64,000 nt of DNA, taken from Agathobacter sp. GTDB taxonomy: Bacteria; Bacillota; Clostridia; Lachnospirales; Lachnospiraceae. The stretch spans positions 4,521 to 68,520 of the forward strand of contig JAFLRQ010000002.1 in the NCBI GenBank assembly GCA_022511395.1, in the 5' to 3' direction. Below the pieces are notes generated by a model. That model was not told the origin of the DNA and ran no database searches. It was given only the letters and a program-made list of their open reading frames with translations. Below, piece by piece: positions 35,184 to 45,058 of this stretch; within the stretch, counting starts at the first letter, position 1; each line of letters begins with the position of its first letter. The position numbers were made by a program, and so were the translations under genes.

Positions 35184-37934
35184 TTACCTCTGCATCCACA
35201 TCCGGATTCTCTGCGTCACAACCCCTGCGGACAGCAGCGGATCGACATCCGCCGGCGGATCATCTTCGGGATCATCTCCTCCGTCTTCCGGATCATCTTC
35301 TCCCCACGGATCATCCTCCCCGGCCCACGGGTCATCCTCTCCCCACGGATCGTCCTCCCCGGCTCCCGGTTCATCCTCATCCTGCGGAGGGTTCGTCTCT
35401 CCCGGATTATCATTATGCACGGTGCACAACTGCTCCGGCGACAGGGAGGCCACGCAATACGCATAATCTCCGGATCCCTCCCGGGCGCTGGTGATGTACA
35501 CCCGCTCTTCCCTTCTCTTCTCCGGACAACTCGCGCCGGCCACCATGCCGGAATCCTTGCAAATTGTCAGCTTCACATGATGATTGCACGTCTCGGTCGG
35601 CACGTTGTCTTCGGCAAAATACTCGTAGATCACCTTTGACCCGCGCGGATCTTTGTCGCAGACACCCTCCACCGGCAGCAGGCCGGACTTCGAACACACG
35701 GCAATCTTCTCCTCGGTAATCCCCTGCGGTCTCTCGAAATCACGGTATTCCAATCCCTCGTGTATGCGCTTCATCACGGCACGCCACAGATTCTTCGGAT
35801 ATGTGGTGCTGCTCTGCTGGGAGTTATCGTCATAGCCTCCCCAGACTACGCAGGTATAATAAGGCGTATATCCCGCAAAGAGCGCATCGCGGTTCAGTGT
35901 CGTAGTTCCCGACTTTCCGGCCTGCGCCATCGTGGAACCAAAATACGCCCGGGTTCCGGTTCCCGCCGTCAGAACATCCTTCATCGCGTCCGTCAAAAGC
36001 CATGCCGTCGTCTCCTTTAACACCCGGTGACGCTCCTTGGTCTGCGTGTTGTCCAGAATCACCCTGCCGTCGTGATCCAGCACCTGCATATAAAAGCTCG
36101 GCTCAATATACTCACCCTTGTTGGCAATCGCGGCATAAGCACCTGTCAGCTCCAGATTGGAGATACCGCTCGTCAATCCGCCGAGACACAATCCAAGATT
36201 CTTGTCCGTCTCCTTGAGGGTCGAAAAACCAAACGCCTCCACATAGCTGTAGCCGGTGTTCACACCGATATCCTGCAGGTTCTCTACGGTAACAATGTTG
36301 ATGGAGTCCTTGATTGCCTCGCGCACCGTGGTATAGCCGCGGTATTTTTGTTCGCTATAGGTCTTGTTTCCAACAGTGAGGGGCGCATCGTCCTGAACCG
36401 AGGCAAGAGTCTTGCCTCCCACATCCAAAGCAGGCGCGTAACATCCCAGAACCTTGAACGTGGAGCCCGGCTGACGGGTCGTGTTGGTAGCGCGGTTCCA
36501 GGTTCGGTTGCCGGCCTTCTCCCCGCGTCCGCCCGAGATTGCCTTCACCTCGCCGGTGCGCTGGTCGATGATCGTCATTGCCACCTGAGGCTGTATTGTG
36601 ATAAAAATATACTCCGAGTCCTCCACAATCGTACCGCCGTCCTTTGTCATATCCGCCTCATACTCTGCGATCGCCTCGCGGCATGCCTCCTCACTGGAGT
36701 AATTGATGGAAAAATTCTGATTGTTTTTGATCTTCTTGTAGTAGGAAAGCATGGTCTGGTTCGTGTAGGTAGTTACCAAGCCATCCGGATCCTTCACCTG
36801 AAAAGACAGGAAGAAGGAGTACTTTGTGCCGGTGGCGTAGTTGGCCTCATTTGCCACCTCCTCATCCACAATTTTCTGGATATTGACGTCCTGCGTGGTC
36901 CGTATCGTGAGGCCGCCCTGATAGATTGCCTTGTACGCGTTGCTCTCCGAGTAACCACGCACATTGACAAGGTCTTTAAACACATCATTGATGACCGCAT
37001 CCACAAAATAGGTGTTCATGGACGCCTCGATCACATCATTGTGCATGGAAATTCTTTCATACACCGGATCTGCAAGCACCTCGTCATACTGCTCCTTCGA
37101 GATGTAACCCAGCCGAAGCATCGCATTCAGCACCAACTCGCGGCGCTCCGCATTCTTCTCCGGAAACCGAATCGGGTTATAGCTATAGGGGTTCTTAGTG
37201 ATCCCGGCAATCACCACGGACTCCGAGAGCGTGAGCTCCGAGACATCCTTTCCGAAATACCGCCTTGCGGCTGCCTGCACGCCGAGCGTGTTGCTGCCAA
37301 GATTGATGGAATTCAGATAATTCTCCAAAATCCAGTCCTTGTCATCCACCCGCTTTTCCAGCTGTATCGCAATGTACTGCTCCTGAAGTTTTCTCTGCAG
37401 CTTCTCCAGACTGGAGCTCTTACCCAGCGTCTCATTGGTCCACTGATCCGTCAGCACGTTGTTTTTAATGAGCTGCTGCGTGATCGTGCTGCCTCCCTGA
37501 TTGAAGTGAAAGCCGTTTCTCACCCCCGCGACAAACGCGCGGACAATCGACTTGGGATCAATCCCGTTGTGCTCATAAAAACGCTCATCCTCAATCGCCA
37601 CAACCGCATGCTGCAGATCAAGCGGGATTTCATCCAACGTCACATACTGGCGGTTTGCCCCCTCCGCCACCAGCGTCGCAAGCTGTGTACCGTCGCTTGC
37701 GAGAACCGTCGTGGAGTACCCCGTGGGGATCACATCGATTGTAGAGATGTCCGGCACGGTCTCAATCGCCCCCTTGACAATCCCGACTCCGGCGTTGAGC
37801 CCCATAATGCCGACAATCAATACAAGCGCTAAAAATATTTTCCAGAAAACAACCACGCACTTCTTGCGGATCTTTGTCGATTTCGCATCCAGCTCGCGCG
37901 CATTGCGTCCTATCGCATTCCTTCCGTAATTCAT
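35184..37934 (-). CDS. Class A penicillin-binding protein (PBP1A) with Cys/His-containing tail and acidic repeats
   Basis: EDERFYEH.G, GGSTITQQ, STFK, SIN and KSG motifs; GEDDPW repeats; GGGAGG before ATG 37934. Confidence 0.93.
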   Translation of the reverse strand: MNYGRNAIGRNARELDAKSTKIRKKCVVVFWKIFLALVLIVGIMGLNAGVGIVKGAIETVPDISTIDVIPTGYSTTVLASDGTQLATLVAEGANRQYVTLDEIPLDLQHAVVAIEDERFYEHNGIDPKSIVRAFVAGVRNGFHFNQGGSTITQQLIKNNVLTDQWTNETLGKSSSLEKLQRKLQEQYIAIQLEKRVDDKDWILENYLNSINLGSNTLGVQAAARRYFGKDVSELTLSESVVIAGITKNPYSYNPIRFPEKNAERRELVLNAMLRLGYISKEQYDEVLADPVYERISMHNDVIEASMNTYFVDAVINDVFKDLVNVRGYSESNAYKAIYQGGLTIRTTQDVNIQKIVDEEVANEANYATGTKYSFFLSFQVKDPDGLVTTYTNQTMLSYYKKIKNNQNFSINYSSEEACREAIAEYEADMTKDGGTIVEDSEYIFITIQPQVAMTIIDQRTGEVKAISGGRGEKAGNRTWNRATNTTRQPGSTFKVLGCYAPALDVGGKTLASVQDDAPLTVGNKTYSEQKYRGYTTVREAIKDSINIVTVENLQDIGVNTGYSYVEAFGFSTLKETDKNLGLCLGGLTSGISNLELTGAYAAIANKGEYIEPSFYMQVLDHDGRVILDNTQTKERHRVLKETTAWLLTDAMKDVLTAGTGTRAYFGSTMAQAGKSGTTTLNRDALFAGYTPYYTCVVWGGYDDNSQQSSTTYPKNLWRAVMKRIHEGLEYRDFERPQGITEEKIAVCSKSGLLPVEGVCDKDPRGSKVIYEYFAEDNVPTETCNHHVKLTICKDSGMVAGASCPEKRREERVYITSAREGSGDYAYCVASLSPEQLCTVHNDNPGETNPPQDEDEPGAGEDDPWGEDDPWAGEDDPWGEDDPEDGGDDPEDDPPADVDPLLSAGVVTQRIRMWMQR

Positions 37935-38065
37935 AGATACCTCCCCGGTTCTTTGTCGAACCTGATACTGCCAGTCCTGTAGCTCTACAGACCAGTATAC
38001 CAAAAAATTCTCCCAATAGGAAGAACTATTTATCGACAATATCTGATAACGGTCAAACCACACCG

Positions 38066-38113
38066 AAACAGCCGGAGAGTGTTCCTGCAGACAGGAACAC
38101 TCTCCGGCTGTTT
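38066..38113. terminator. Perfect 22-bp inverted repeat after amt (terminator-like)
   Basis: AAACAGCCGGAGAGTGTTCCTG-caga-CAGGAACACTCTCCGGCTGTTT. Confidence 0.75.
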
Positions 38114-38137
38114 GACTTATATGATGTTTACACTTCT

Positions 38138-39892
38138 CTACTCAACATCCTGCAGGGCGGCGACATCCTCCTCGCCGGTGCGGACCTTGACGACCTTCGC
38201 CACATCGTAGACAAAAATCTTTCCGTCCCCGATATGTCCTGTGTAGAGGGCTTTCTTCGCCGCCTCCACAACGCTCTCAACCGGAATCTTGCTGACCACC
38301 ACCTCAACCTTGATCTTCGGAAGCAGGGTCGCATCCACCTCAGCGCCGCGGTACCGCTCGCCGGAGCCCTTCTGAACACCGCAGCCCATCACCTGCGTGC
38401 AGGTCATACCCGTCACACCAAGGTCGTTCATCGCCTTCTTCAGATGATCATATCTGGACAGCTTTGCAATGATAACCACCTTGTGAATACCGGTGGGCTC
38501 ATGGGCCGCGCTCACTACCTTCACGGCAGCATTCCTCTGTACCGGAGTCGCGTCCTTGTACTCCGCTACGCCCAGATCCGTATTTTCGTTGACATCCATC
38601 GTCATCGTGTTGGAAATATCCATGATCGAGAAGCCTGCATAGGCGGAAGGCAGTCCATGCTCCGTCGAATCCAGACCGACGATTTCCTCCTCCTCCGTCA
38701 CGCGGAGGCCAATTGTTGCCTTGATCGCGAAAAAGGCGATTGTGATGGCAACAGCCGTCCAACCTGCAACTGCGGCAAAGCCAACCAACTGCAGCCCCAA
38801 CTGCCTAAAACCGCCGCCGTAAAACAGTCCCTTCTCTATCCCGGCGACCGCAAACCCGGGCGCCTTGTCCGTCGCAAACAAGCCGACCGCGATGGTGCCC
38901 CAGATTCCGTTCAACATATGCACCGCCACAGCGCCCACCGGGTCATCCACGCGCAGCTTGTTATCCAAAAACCACACGCCAAACACCACCAAAAAGCCTG
39001 CAACCGCTCCGATGATAACCGCACCGAGGGCGTCTGCCACATCGCAGGGAGCCGTGATGGCAACCAGACCTGCCAGCGAGGCATTCAGGCACATTGAGAC
39101 ATCCGGCTTGCCGTATCTGACCCATGTGAATACCATGCATACCATCGTCGCAATTGCGGGTGCAATCGTCGTTGTGAGAAAAATGCTTCCAAGGGTCGGA
39201 ATGTCTGTCGCCGCCGCACCGTTGAAGCCGTACCAGCCCAGCCAGAGAATGAATACGCCCAGACATCCCATCGGCAGGTTATGCCCCGGAAATGCGTTGA
39301 CCTTCGTGATTTTTCCCGCCTTATCCTTCGTGAACTTGCCGATGCGCGGTCCAAGAATCGAAGCGCCAATCAGCGCAGAGATGCCGCCGACCATATGGAT
39401 GGCACAGGAACCTGCATAATCGTGAAATCCCATCTGCGCCAGCCAGCCGCCGCCCCAGATCCAATGCGCCTCGATCGGGTAAATGAGCGCCGAGATCACG
39501 CCGGAATAGACGCAGTAGGACAGGAATTTTGTCCGCTCCGCCATCGCTCCGGACACAATGGTCGCCGTGGTCGCACAGAACACCAGGTTAAACACAAACG
39601 AAGAAAAATCGAAATTTTCATAGGATGTAAAAATGTCAAACCCCGGTTTTCCGATGAGGCCCAGCAGATCCTCACCCAGCAGGAGTGAAAATCCGATCAG
39701 AATAAATGTTACAGTACCGATACAGAAATCCATCAGGTTCTTCATCAAAATGTTTCCGGTATTCTTTGCCCGGGTAAAGCCCGCTTCCACCATCGCAAAG
39801 CCCGCCTGCATCCAGAACACCAGCGCCGCGCCAATCAAAAACCAGACGCCGAACACGTTCTCACTTACCAATTCCATCATCTCTTTTGTCAT
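38138..39892 (-). CDS. Ammonium transporter Amt fused to a C-terminal PII domain
   Basis: DYAGSCAIH, GWYGFN and DDPVGAVAVH motifs; PII motifs G.G.QKG..YRG and TGHIGDGKIFV. Confidence 0.93.
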   Translation of the reverse strand: MTKEMMELVSENVFGVWFLIGAALVFWMQAGFAMVEAGFTRAKNTGNILMKNLMDFCIGTVTFILIGFSLLLGEDLLGLIGKPGFDIFTSYENFDFSSFVFNLVFCATTATIVSGAMAERTKFLSYCVYSGVISALIYPIEAHWIWGGGWLAQMGFHDYAGSCAIHMVGGISALIGASILGPRIGKFTKDKAGKITKVNAFPGHNLPMGCLGVFILWLGWYGFNGAAATDIPTLGSIFLTTTIAPAIATMVCMVFTWVRYGKPDVSMCLNASLAGLVAITAPCDVADALGAVIIGAVAGFLVVFGVWFLDNKLRVDDPVGAVAVHMLNGIWGTIAVGLFATDKAPGFAVAGIEKGLFYGGGFRQLGLQLVGFAAVAGWTAVAITIAFFAIKATIGLRVTEEEEIVGLDSTEHGLPSAYAGFSIMDISNTMTMDVNENTDLGVAEYKDATPVQRNAAVKVVSAAHEPTGIHKVVIIAKLSRYDHLKKAMNDLGVTGMTCTQVMGCGVQKGSGERYRGAEVDATLLPKIKVEVVVSKIPVESVVEAAKKALYTGHIGDGKIFVYDVAKVVKVRTGEEDVAALQDVE

Positions 39893-39924
39893 AATGATTT
39901 CCTCCCAGCGTTTTTATGTAATAG

Positions 39925-39980
39925 AAAAAGACACCCTCCCCGGTGTCCACGGCGTTGTGGTCCCAAAGAAAGTGTCTTTA
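39925..39980 (-). promoter_or_regulatory. ANTAR-like attenuator upstream of amt
   Basis: CCAC-AACGCC-GTGG hexaloop hairpin abutting a GACACC/GGTGTC-UUUUU terminator. Confidence 0.55.
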
Positions 39981-39989
39981 TTTGTTTTG

Positions 39990-42107
39990 TTATACCTCGA
40001 AAATCAGATCTCCGTAAGACGGCATCGGCCACAGGTCCTTATCGACGATCATCTCCAGCTTATCCACCGGCGCGCGCAGCGCATCCATTGCGGCTTTCAC
40101 CACATCGCGGTAGAAGACTGCCTGCTCCTTGCCCTGCGCCATCGCTCCTCCCTGGTCGGTCACCTTCTTGAGCTCTGCGAGCGCTTTCTGGGTTTCTGCC
40201 AAAAGCGCAGATGTCTCTGTCAGAAGCTCTGACTGAACCTGAGTATCGGCCTGCGGACAGGCATTCGCAACAATCTGGATCGAGTTCCCAAGCACCGTCG
40301 TATACTTGATGACTGCCGGAATAATCTGCTTGCTGACAATGTCAATCATCGCCCTCGCCTCAATGTTAATCGTCTTGGCGTAGGTTTCATACTCGATTTC
40401 TACACGGGACTCCAGCTCGGTCTTCGTGAACACGCCAAACTTCTCAAACGCCTCCACGGACTCCGGCGCCACATAGGCCGGAATGGCATCGACCATGGAC
40501 TTGACGTTTGCCAGTCCGCGCCTCGCGGCCTCCTCAACCCACTCGTCCGAGTAGCCGTCGCCGTTGAACACCACGCGCTGGTGCTCCACGGCATATTTTT
40601 TGATCAGGTCATGCACCGCAAGATCAAAGTCATCCGCCTTTTCCAGCACATCGCACGCCTCGGAGAACGCGGCTGCAACAATCGTGTTTAATACAATGTT
40701 TGGCTTTGCGACCGAGTCCTTTGAGCCGACCATGCGGAACTCGAACTTATTTCCGGTAAACGCAAACGGCGAGGTGCGGTTTCGATCCGTCGCATCCTTC
40801 ATGAAATCCGGGATTGTCTTAACTCCGGTCTCCAGCCTCTCACCCTCAAGGCTGTGCGTCGCCGCTCCGGTGCTGATCAGCTGGTTCAGAACATCGCCGA
40901 GCTGGTCTCCCAGATACACGGATAAGATGGCAGGCGGCGCCTCGTTTGCGCCGAGGCGGTGGTCATTTCCCACATCGGCGGCGGAAGCCCGCAGCAGCAG
41001 GGCGTGCTCGTCGATTGCCTTTAAGATACAGGTCAGTACCAGCAGGAACTGAATGTTCTCATGCGGAGTCTCGCCGGGGTCGAGCAGATTGATTCCGTCA
41101 TCTGTTGTGATGGACCAGTTGTTGTGCTTGCCGGAGCCGTTCACGCCCGCAAACGGCTTCTCGTGAAGCAGGCACTGTAAGCCGTGGCGTCCAGCCACCT
41201 TCTTCAGCGTTTCCATCGTGAGCTGGTTGTGATCAACCGCCACGTTGCATTCCGCATAGATGGGGGCAAGCTCATGCTGTGCCGGAGCCACCTCGTTGTG
41301 CTGGGTCTTCGCGGTGACGCCGAGCTTCCACAGCTCCTTGTTTACATCTCTCATGTACGCCGCGATGCGCTCACGAATTGCCCCGAAATAGTGATCGTCC
41401 ATCTCCTGGCCCTTGGGCGGCATCGCCCCAAACAGCGTGCGCCCGGTAAAAATCAAATCCTTGCGCTTTAAGTATTTTGCGCGGTCTACAATAAAATACT
41501 CCTGCTCCGGTCCGACGGACGGTGTCACCTTCTTGGAGGTCGTGTTGCCAAACAGCCGCAGCAGACGCAGCGCCTGCTCATTGATGGCCTCCATGGAGCG
41601 CAAAAGCGGCGTCTTCTGATCCAGCGACTCCCCGGTGTAGGAGCAGAATGCAGTCGGAATACAGAGCGTTGCACCCGCGGCGTCCTGACGGACAAATGCG
41701 GGGGATGTACAATCCCATGCCGTGTAGCCTCTCGCCTCAAATGTTGCGCGCAATCCTCCGGACGGGAAGGAGGATGCATCCGGTTCACCCTTGATCAGCT
41801 CCTTGCCGGAAAAACTCATCAGAACCTTGCCGTTTTCCATCGGCGCAGTGATGAAGGAATCATGCTTCTCTGCGGTAAAGCCGGTCAGCGGCTGGAACCA
41901 GTGGGTGTAGTGGGTCGCGCCCTTCTCAATTGCCCACTCCTTCATCTCATGCGCGATGACATCCGCCGTCGCAAGATCGAGTTCCTGTCCCTCGTCCATA
42001 ACCTCGTGGAGCTTTTTGTAGACCTTCTTGGGCAGCCGTTCCAGCATGACCGCATCGCTGAACACGTTCTCCCCGAAAATGTCTGCAACGTTGAAATAAT
42101 CACTCAT
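39990..42107 (-). CDS. Glutamine synthetase type III
   Basis: [39 protein letters not shown] and [18 protein letters not shown] motifs; 705 aa. Confidence 0.95.
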   Translation of the reverse strand: MSDYFNVADIFGENVFSDAVMLERLPKKVYKKLHEVMDEGQELDLATADVIAHEMKEWAIEKGATHYTHWFQPLTGFTAEKHDSFITAPMENGKVLMSFSGKELIKGEPDASSFPSGGLRATFEARGYTAWDCTSPAFVRQDAAGATLCIPTAFCSYTGESLDQKTPLLRSMEAINEQALRLLRLFGNTTSKKVTPSVGPEQEYFIVDRAKYLKRKDLIFTGRTLFGAMPPKGQEMDDHYFGAIRERIAAYMRDVNKELWKLGVTAKTQHNEVAPAQHELAPIYAECNVAVDHNQLTMETLKKVAGRHGLQCLLHEKPFAGVNGSGKHNNWSITTDDGINLLDPGETPHENIQFLLVLTCILKAIDEHALLLRASAADVGNDHRLGANEAPPAILSVYLGDQLGDVLNQLISTGAATHSLEGERLETGVKTIPDFMKDATDRNRTSPFAFTGNKFEFRMVGSKDSVAKPNIVLNTIVAAAFSEACDVLEKADDFDLAVHDLIKKYAVEHQRVVFNGDGYSDEWVEEAARRGLANVKSMVDAIPAYVAPESVEAFEKFGVFTKTELESRVEIEYETYAKTINIEARAMIDIVSKQIIPAVIKYTTVLGNSIQIVANACPQADTQVQSELLTETSALLAETQKALAELKKVTDQGGAMAQGKEQAVFYRDVVKAAMDALRAPVDKLEMIVDKDLWPMPSYGDLIFEV

Positions 42108-42165
42108 ATCTCATCATCCTTTCTCTTCCGCCGGATTCCCTGAACCGGCTTTTTGCGGCGATTAT

Positions 42166-42206
42166 GAAAAAAGGGCATTCCAATCTCCCTTGGAACACCC
42201 TTGTTC
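42166..42206 (-). promoter_or_regulatory. ANTAR-like attenuator upstream of GSIII
   Basis: GAAC-AAGGGT-GTTC hairpin overlapping the 5' arm of an AAGGGTGTTCCA...TGGAATGCCCTT-UUUU terminator. Confidence 0.6.
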
Positions 42207-42351
42207 ATGTCTCGCCTTATTTCTGAAACATACGATACTATTTCTCTGAAAAAAAAGCAATCTTTTTTTTCAAAAAAACTCCGATTTATACACTTCGTCA
42301 AATTTTATAAAGCAAACGGACTTTTTTTGTCTATTTTGCCTACCCCCCCGT

Positions 42352-43215
42352 TTACGCTTTTCCGACGGATCCGAACAGCTCCATCTTCTCTTTGACAGTA
42401 GCCTTGATCGCCTCCGCGCCCGGAGCCAGGAGCTTTCTCGGGTCAAAGCCCTTGCCCTCCAAATCCTTGCCCGCCTCGATATATTTGCGCGTCGCATCCG
42501 CAAAGGAGAGCTGGCACTCCGTATTCACATTGATTTTGGACACGCCGAGGTCAATCGCCTTCTTGATCATGTCCGCCGGAATACCTGTGCCTCCGTGAAG
42601 CACCAGCGGCATAATGCCGGTCTTCTTCTGGATCGCGTCCAAGGTGTCAAAGCTGAGTCCTGCCCAATTGTCCGGGTATTTTCCGTGAATGTTTCCGATG
42701 CCTGCCGCCAGCATGTCCACTCCAAGATCCGCAATTGCCTTGCACTCGTCGGGATCTGCGCACTCGCCCATACCGACAACGCCGTCCTCCTCGCCGCCGA
42801 TGGAGCCTACCTCAGCCTCGATGGACATTCCCATGCCGTGGGCGACAGCCACCAACTCCTTCGTCTTCTCAATGTTCTCCTCAATCGGATAGTGGGAGCC
42901 GTCAAACATGATGGAGGTGAATCCCGCCTTAATGCACTTGTAGCAGCCTTCGTAGGTGCCATGATCCAGATGGAGCGCTACCGGCACCTTGATTCCCAGA
43001 GACTCATCCATCGCCTCCACCATCGCCGCAACCGTGCGGAACCCGGTCATGTACTTTCCTGCGCCCTCGGACACACCCAGAATGACAGGAGAATTGAGTT
43101 CCTGTGCCGTAAGAAGTACGGATTTGGTCCACTCCAGATTGTTGATATTGAACTGGCCGACTGCATAGTGCCCCGCCTTCGCCTTCTCAAGCATCTCTTT
43201 TGCAGATACTAACAT
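42352..43215 (-). CDS. fba: Class II fructose-1,6-bisphosphate aldolase
   Basis: HLDHG, DGSH, GNIHG, VLHGGTG and KINVNT motifs. Confidence 0.95.
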   Translation of the reverse strand: MLVSAKEMLEKAKAGHYAVGQFNINNLEWTKSVLLTAQELNSPVILGVSEGAGKYMTGFRTVAAMVEAMDESLGIKVPVALHLDHGTYEGCYKCIKAGFTSIMFDGSHYPIEENIEKTKELVAVAHGMGMSIEAEVGSIGGEEDGVVGMGECADPDECKAIADLGVDMLAAGIGNIHGKYPDNWAGLSFDTLDAIQKKTGIMPLVLHGGTGIPADMIKKAIDLGVSKINVNTECQLSFADATRKYIEAGKDLEGKGFDPRKLLAPGAEAIKATVKEKMELFGSVGKA

Positions 43216-43252
43216 GTCATTGTCCTCCTAAAATATAGTTTTAGCCATTATA

Positions 43253-44167
43253 TCACTTTTTTCCCAAAAAAGAAAGCTTCTCCGCACAAAATATTGATAT
43301 GCGCTCTTTTTGATTTCTGACTACAACCTCCGTCTGCTCACCCCCGAACTCTCCGTCCCGCGTCCAGGTCACCGGGATTTCCGACGTAAGCTTCAGCCTG
43401 TCTGTCTTGAAGGAGTAGATAAGGTCCGAATCGTCAATCAGCCGGGTGAGACATCCTAAAATTTCATTGAGTTCAATCGGGTTGTGCGGCTTTTTGATGA
43501 GCGTCACCTCAAAGAGGCCGTCGTTTAAGCTCACATTCTTTCCCGTCATTCCCTTGAACCCTCCCACAGATACAGAGTTTGTGATCATGCCAAGGATAAA
43601 CTCGTCGCGGAATCTGTGTCCCTCATACTCCACCTCCATGCGGTAAGCGGGGATATCATGCAGGGATTTCATTCCCTCCATAATGTAAGCCAGATGCCCG
43701 AACACATTCTTAAGCTGCTGGGGCGTTTGGTAGGAAACCGCTGTAAAAAGCCCAAACGCCGCTACATAGACAAAGGTGTCATCATTCAGAGAACCAATAT
43801 CGCAGGCAAAGGGTGCCTCCCCCACGGCCACAGCGGCCGCCTTCGCCATATTCTTGGGAATTCCGAGGGATACGGCAAAATCGTTGGTGCTCCCAGCAGG
43901 AATATAGCCAACCGGTGTGTCCGCGCCGCTCTCAGCCAGACCCGAGATCACCTCGTCAAGTGTTCCGTCCCCGCCGCAGCAGACAATGCGGTCATAGCCA
44001 GCCGCCTCTTCCCGCACTTTGCGCCTCGCATCCCCGCTGCACTGCGTGACATAGACCGCCACATCAAAATCCGCTTTGACCATAATGTCCAGAATCTCTA
44101 CCAGATGACTTTTGATTTGTCCCTTGCCGGAATGCGGGTTAAAAATAAAAAACAGTCTCCGACTCAT
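43253..44167 (-). CDS. Diacylglycerol kinase family lipid kinase
   Basis: NPHSG, GGDGT, PAGSTNDF and DGE motifs. Confidence 0.9.
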   Translation of the reverse strand: MSRRLFFIFNPHSGKGQIKSHLVEILDIMVKADFDVAVYVTQCSGDARRKVREEAAGYDRIVCCGGDGTLDEVISGLAESGADTPVGYIPAGSTNDFAVSLGIPKNMAKAAAVAVGEAPFACDIGSLNDDTFVYVAAFGLFTAVSYQTPQQLKNVFGHLAYIMEGMKSLHDIPAYRMEVEYEGHRFRDEFILGMITNSVSVGGFKGMTGKNVSLNDGLFEVTLIKKPHNPIELNEILGCLTRLIDDSDLIYSFKTDRLKLTSEIPVTWTRDGEFGGEQTEVVVRNQKERISIFCAEKLSFLGKK

Positions 44168-44199
44168 ATCTCACTCTTTCCATAAAAAGTGTTCATCCT

Positions 44200-45057
44200 C
44201 TACAGTTCGTCCGCCAGCTCGGAAATCCGGTGCAGCCGGTGATTTACGCCGGATTTGCCCACCGGGGGATCCAGATAAGCTCCCAGCTCTACCAGCGTTG
44301 CCTCGGGGTACTCAAGCCTCAGCTGTGCCACCTCACGCAGAGGCTCCGGAAGGCTGTCAAGTCCCCTCACCGCCTGTATCCGTCTGATATCCTCGATCTG
44401 CCGCACCGCCGCACCGACGGTCTTGTTAATGTTTGCGGTCTCGCAGTTCACCTTGCGGTTGACGGAGTTTCGCATTTCTTTTAAAATGCGGACATTCTCC
44501 AGATTCATGAGCGAGACGTAGGCCTCCATCACATTGAGCATATCCACAATCTGGGAGCCCTCCTTGAGATAGACCACATAATGGCCTTTGCGCTCCACAA
44601 TCCGCGCCTCCGCCTCAAAGTCTCTCATCAGCCCCTGCAGTTGCCCGGCCTGTGCCATGGTCCTGCATACGATCTCAAAATGGTAGGACTTTTCCGGATC
44701 ACTGATGGAGCCCGCCGCGAGAAATGCCCCGCGGATAAACGCCCGCTTACAGCAGGTCTGCTGCACCAGCAGCCCCTCCACAGTCCCGGTGGTGCCGTCC
44801 GCCTTCCACTTCAGAGTGGAGAGAATCCTCATGCTCTCCCCGCGCTCCAGCACCGTCTCAGCGTTCAGCGCAAACGCTTTTTTTATCAGTATCCTATACT
44901 TTTCCTGCAGTCCCGTATTCTCAGTGTCAAATATCAGCAGCCCATCCGTCACACGGCCCTCGAGCGCCAACATTCCCGCCAGCTCTGCGAGCTGGCAGTG
45001 TCTGCTCTTTGCGTACTGCCGGATCAATTCTGTCTTTACATCATTGGAAAATGACAT
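44200..45057 (-). CDS. whiA: DNA-binding protein WhiA
   Basis: MSFS..VK.EL, RAFIRGAFL..GS.SDP, NR.VNCETAN and KSGVNHR motifs. Confidence 0.95.
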   Translation of the reverse strand: MSFSNDVKTELIRQYAKSRHCQLAELAGMLALEGRVTDGLLIFDTENTGLQEKYRILIKKAFALNAETVLERGESMRILSTLKWKADGTTGTVEGLLVQQTCCKRAFIRGAFLAAGSISDPEKSYHFEIVCRTMAQAGQLQGLMRDFEAEARIVERKGHYVVYLKEGSQIVDMLNVMEAYVSLMNLENVRILKEMRNSVNRKVNCETANINKTVGAAVRQIEDIRRIQAVRGLDSLPEPLREVAQLRLEYPEATLVELGAYLDPPVGKSGVNHRLHRISELADEL

Positions 45058-45058
45058 G

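Noticed and set aside
36027-37832. 601-aa plus-strand ORF, and similar long antisense ORFs (7544-8677, 16276-17469, 34198-35466, 45691-46905, 48006-49424)
   Set aside because: They are shadows of well-supported minus-strand genes caused by codon bias, and show no recognisable motifs.
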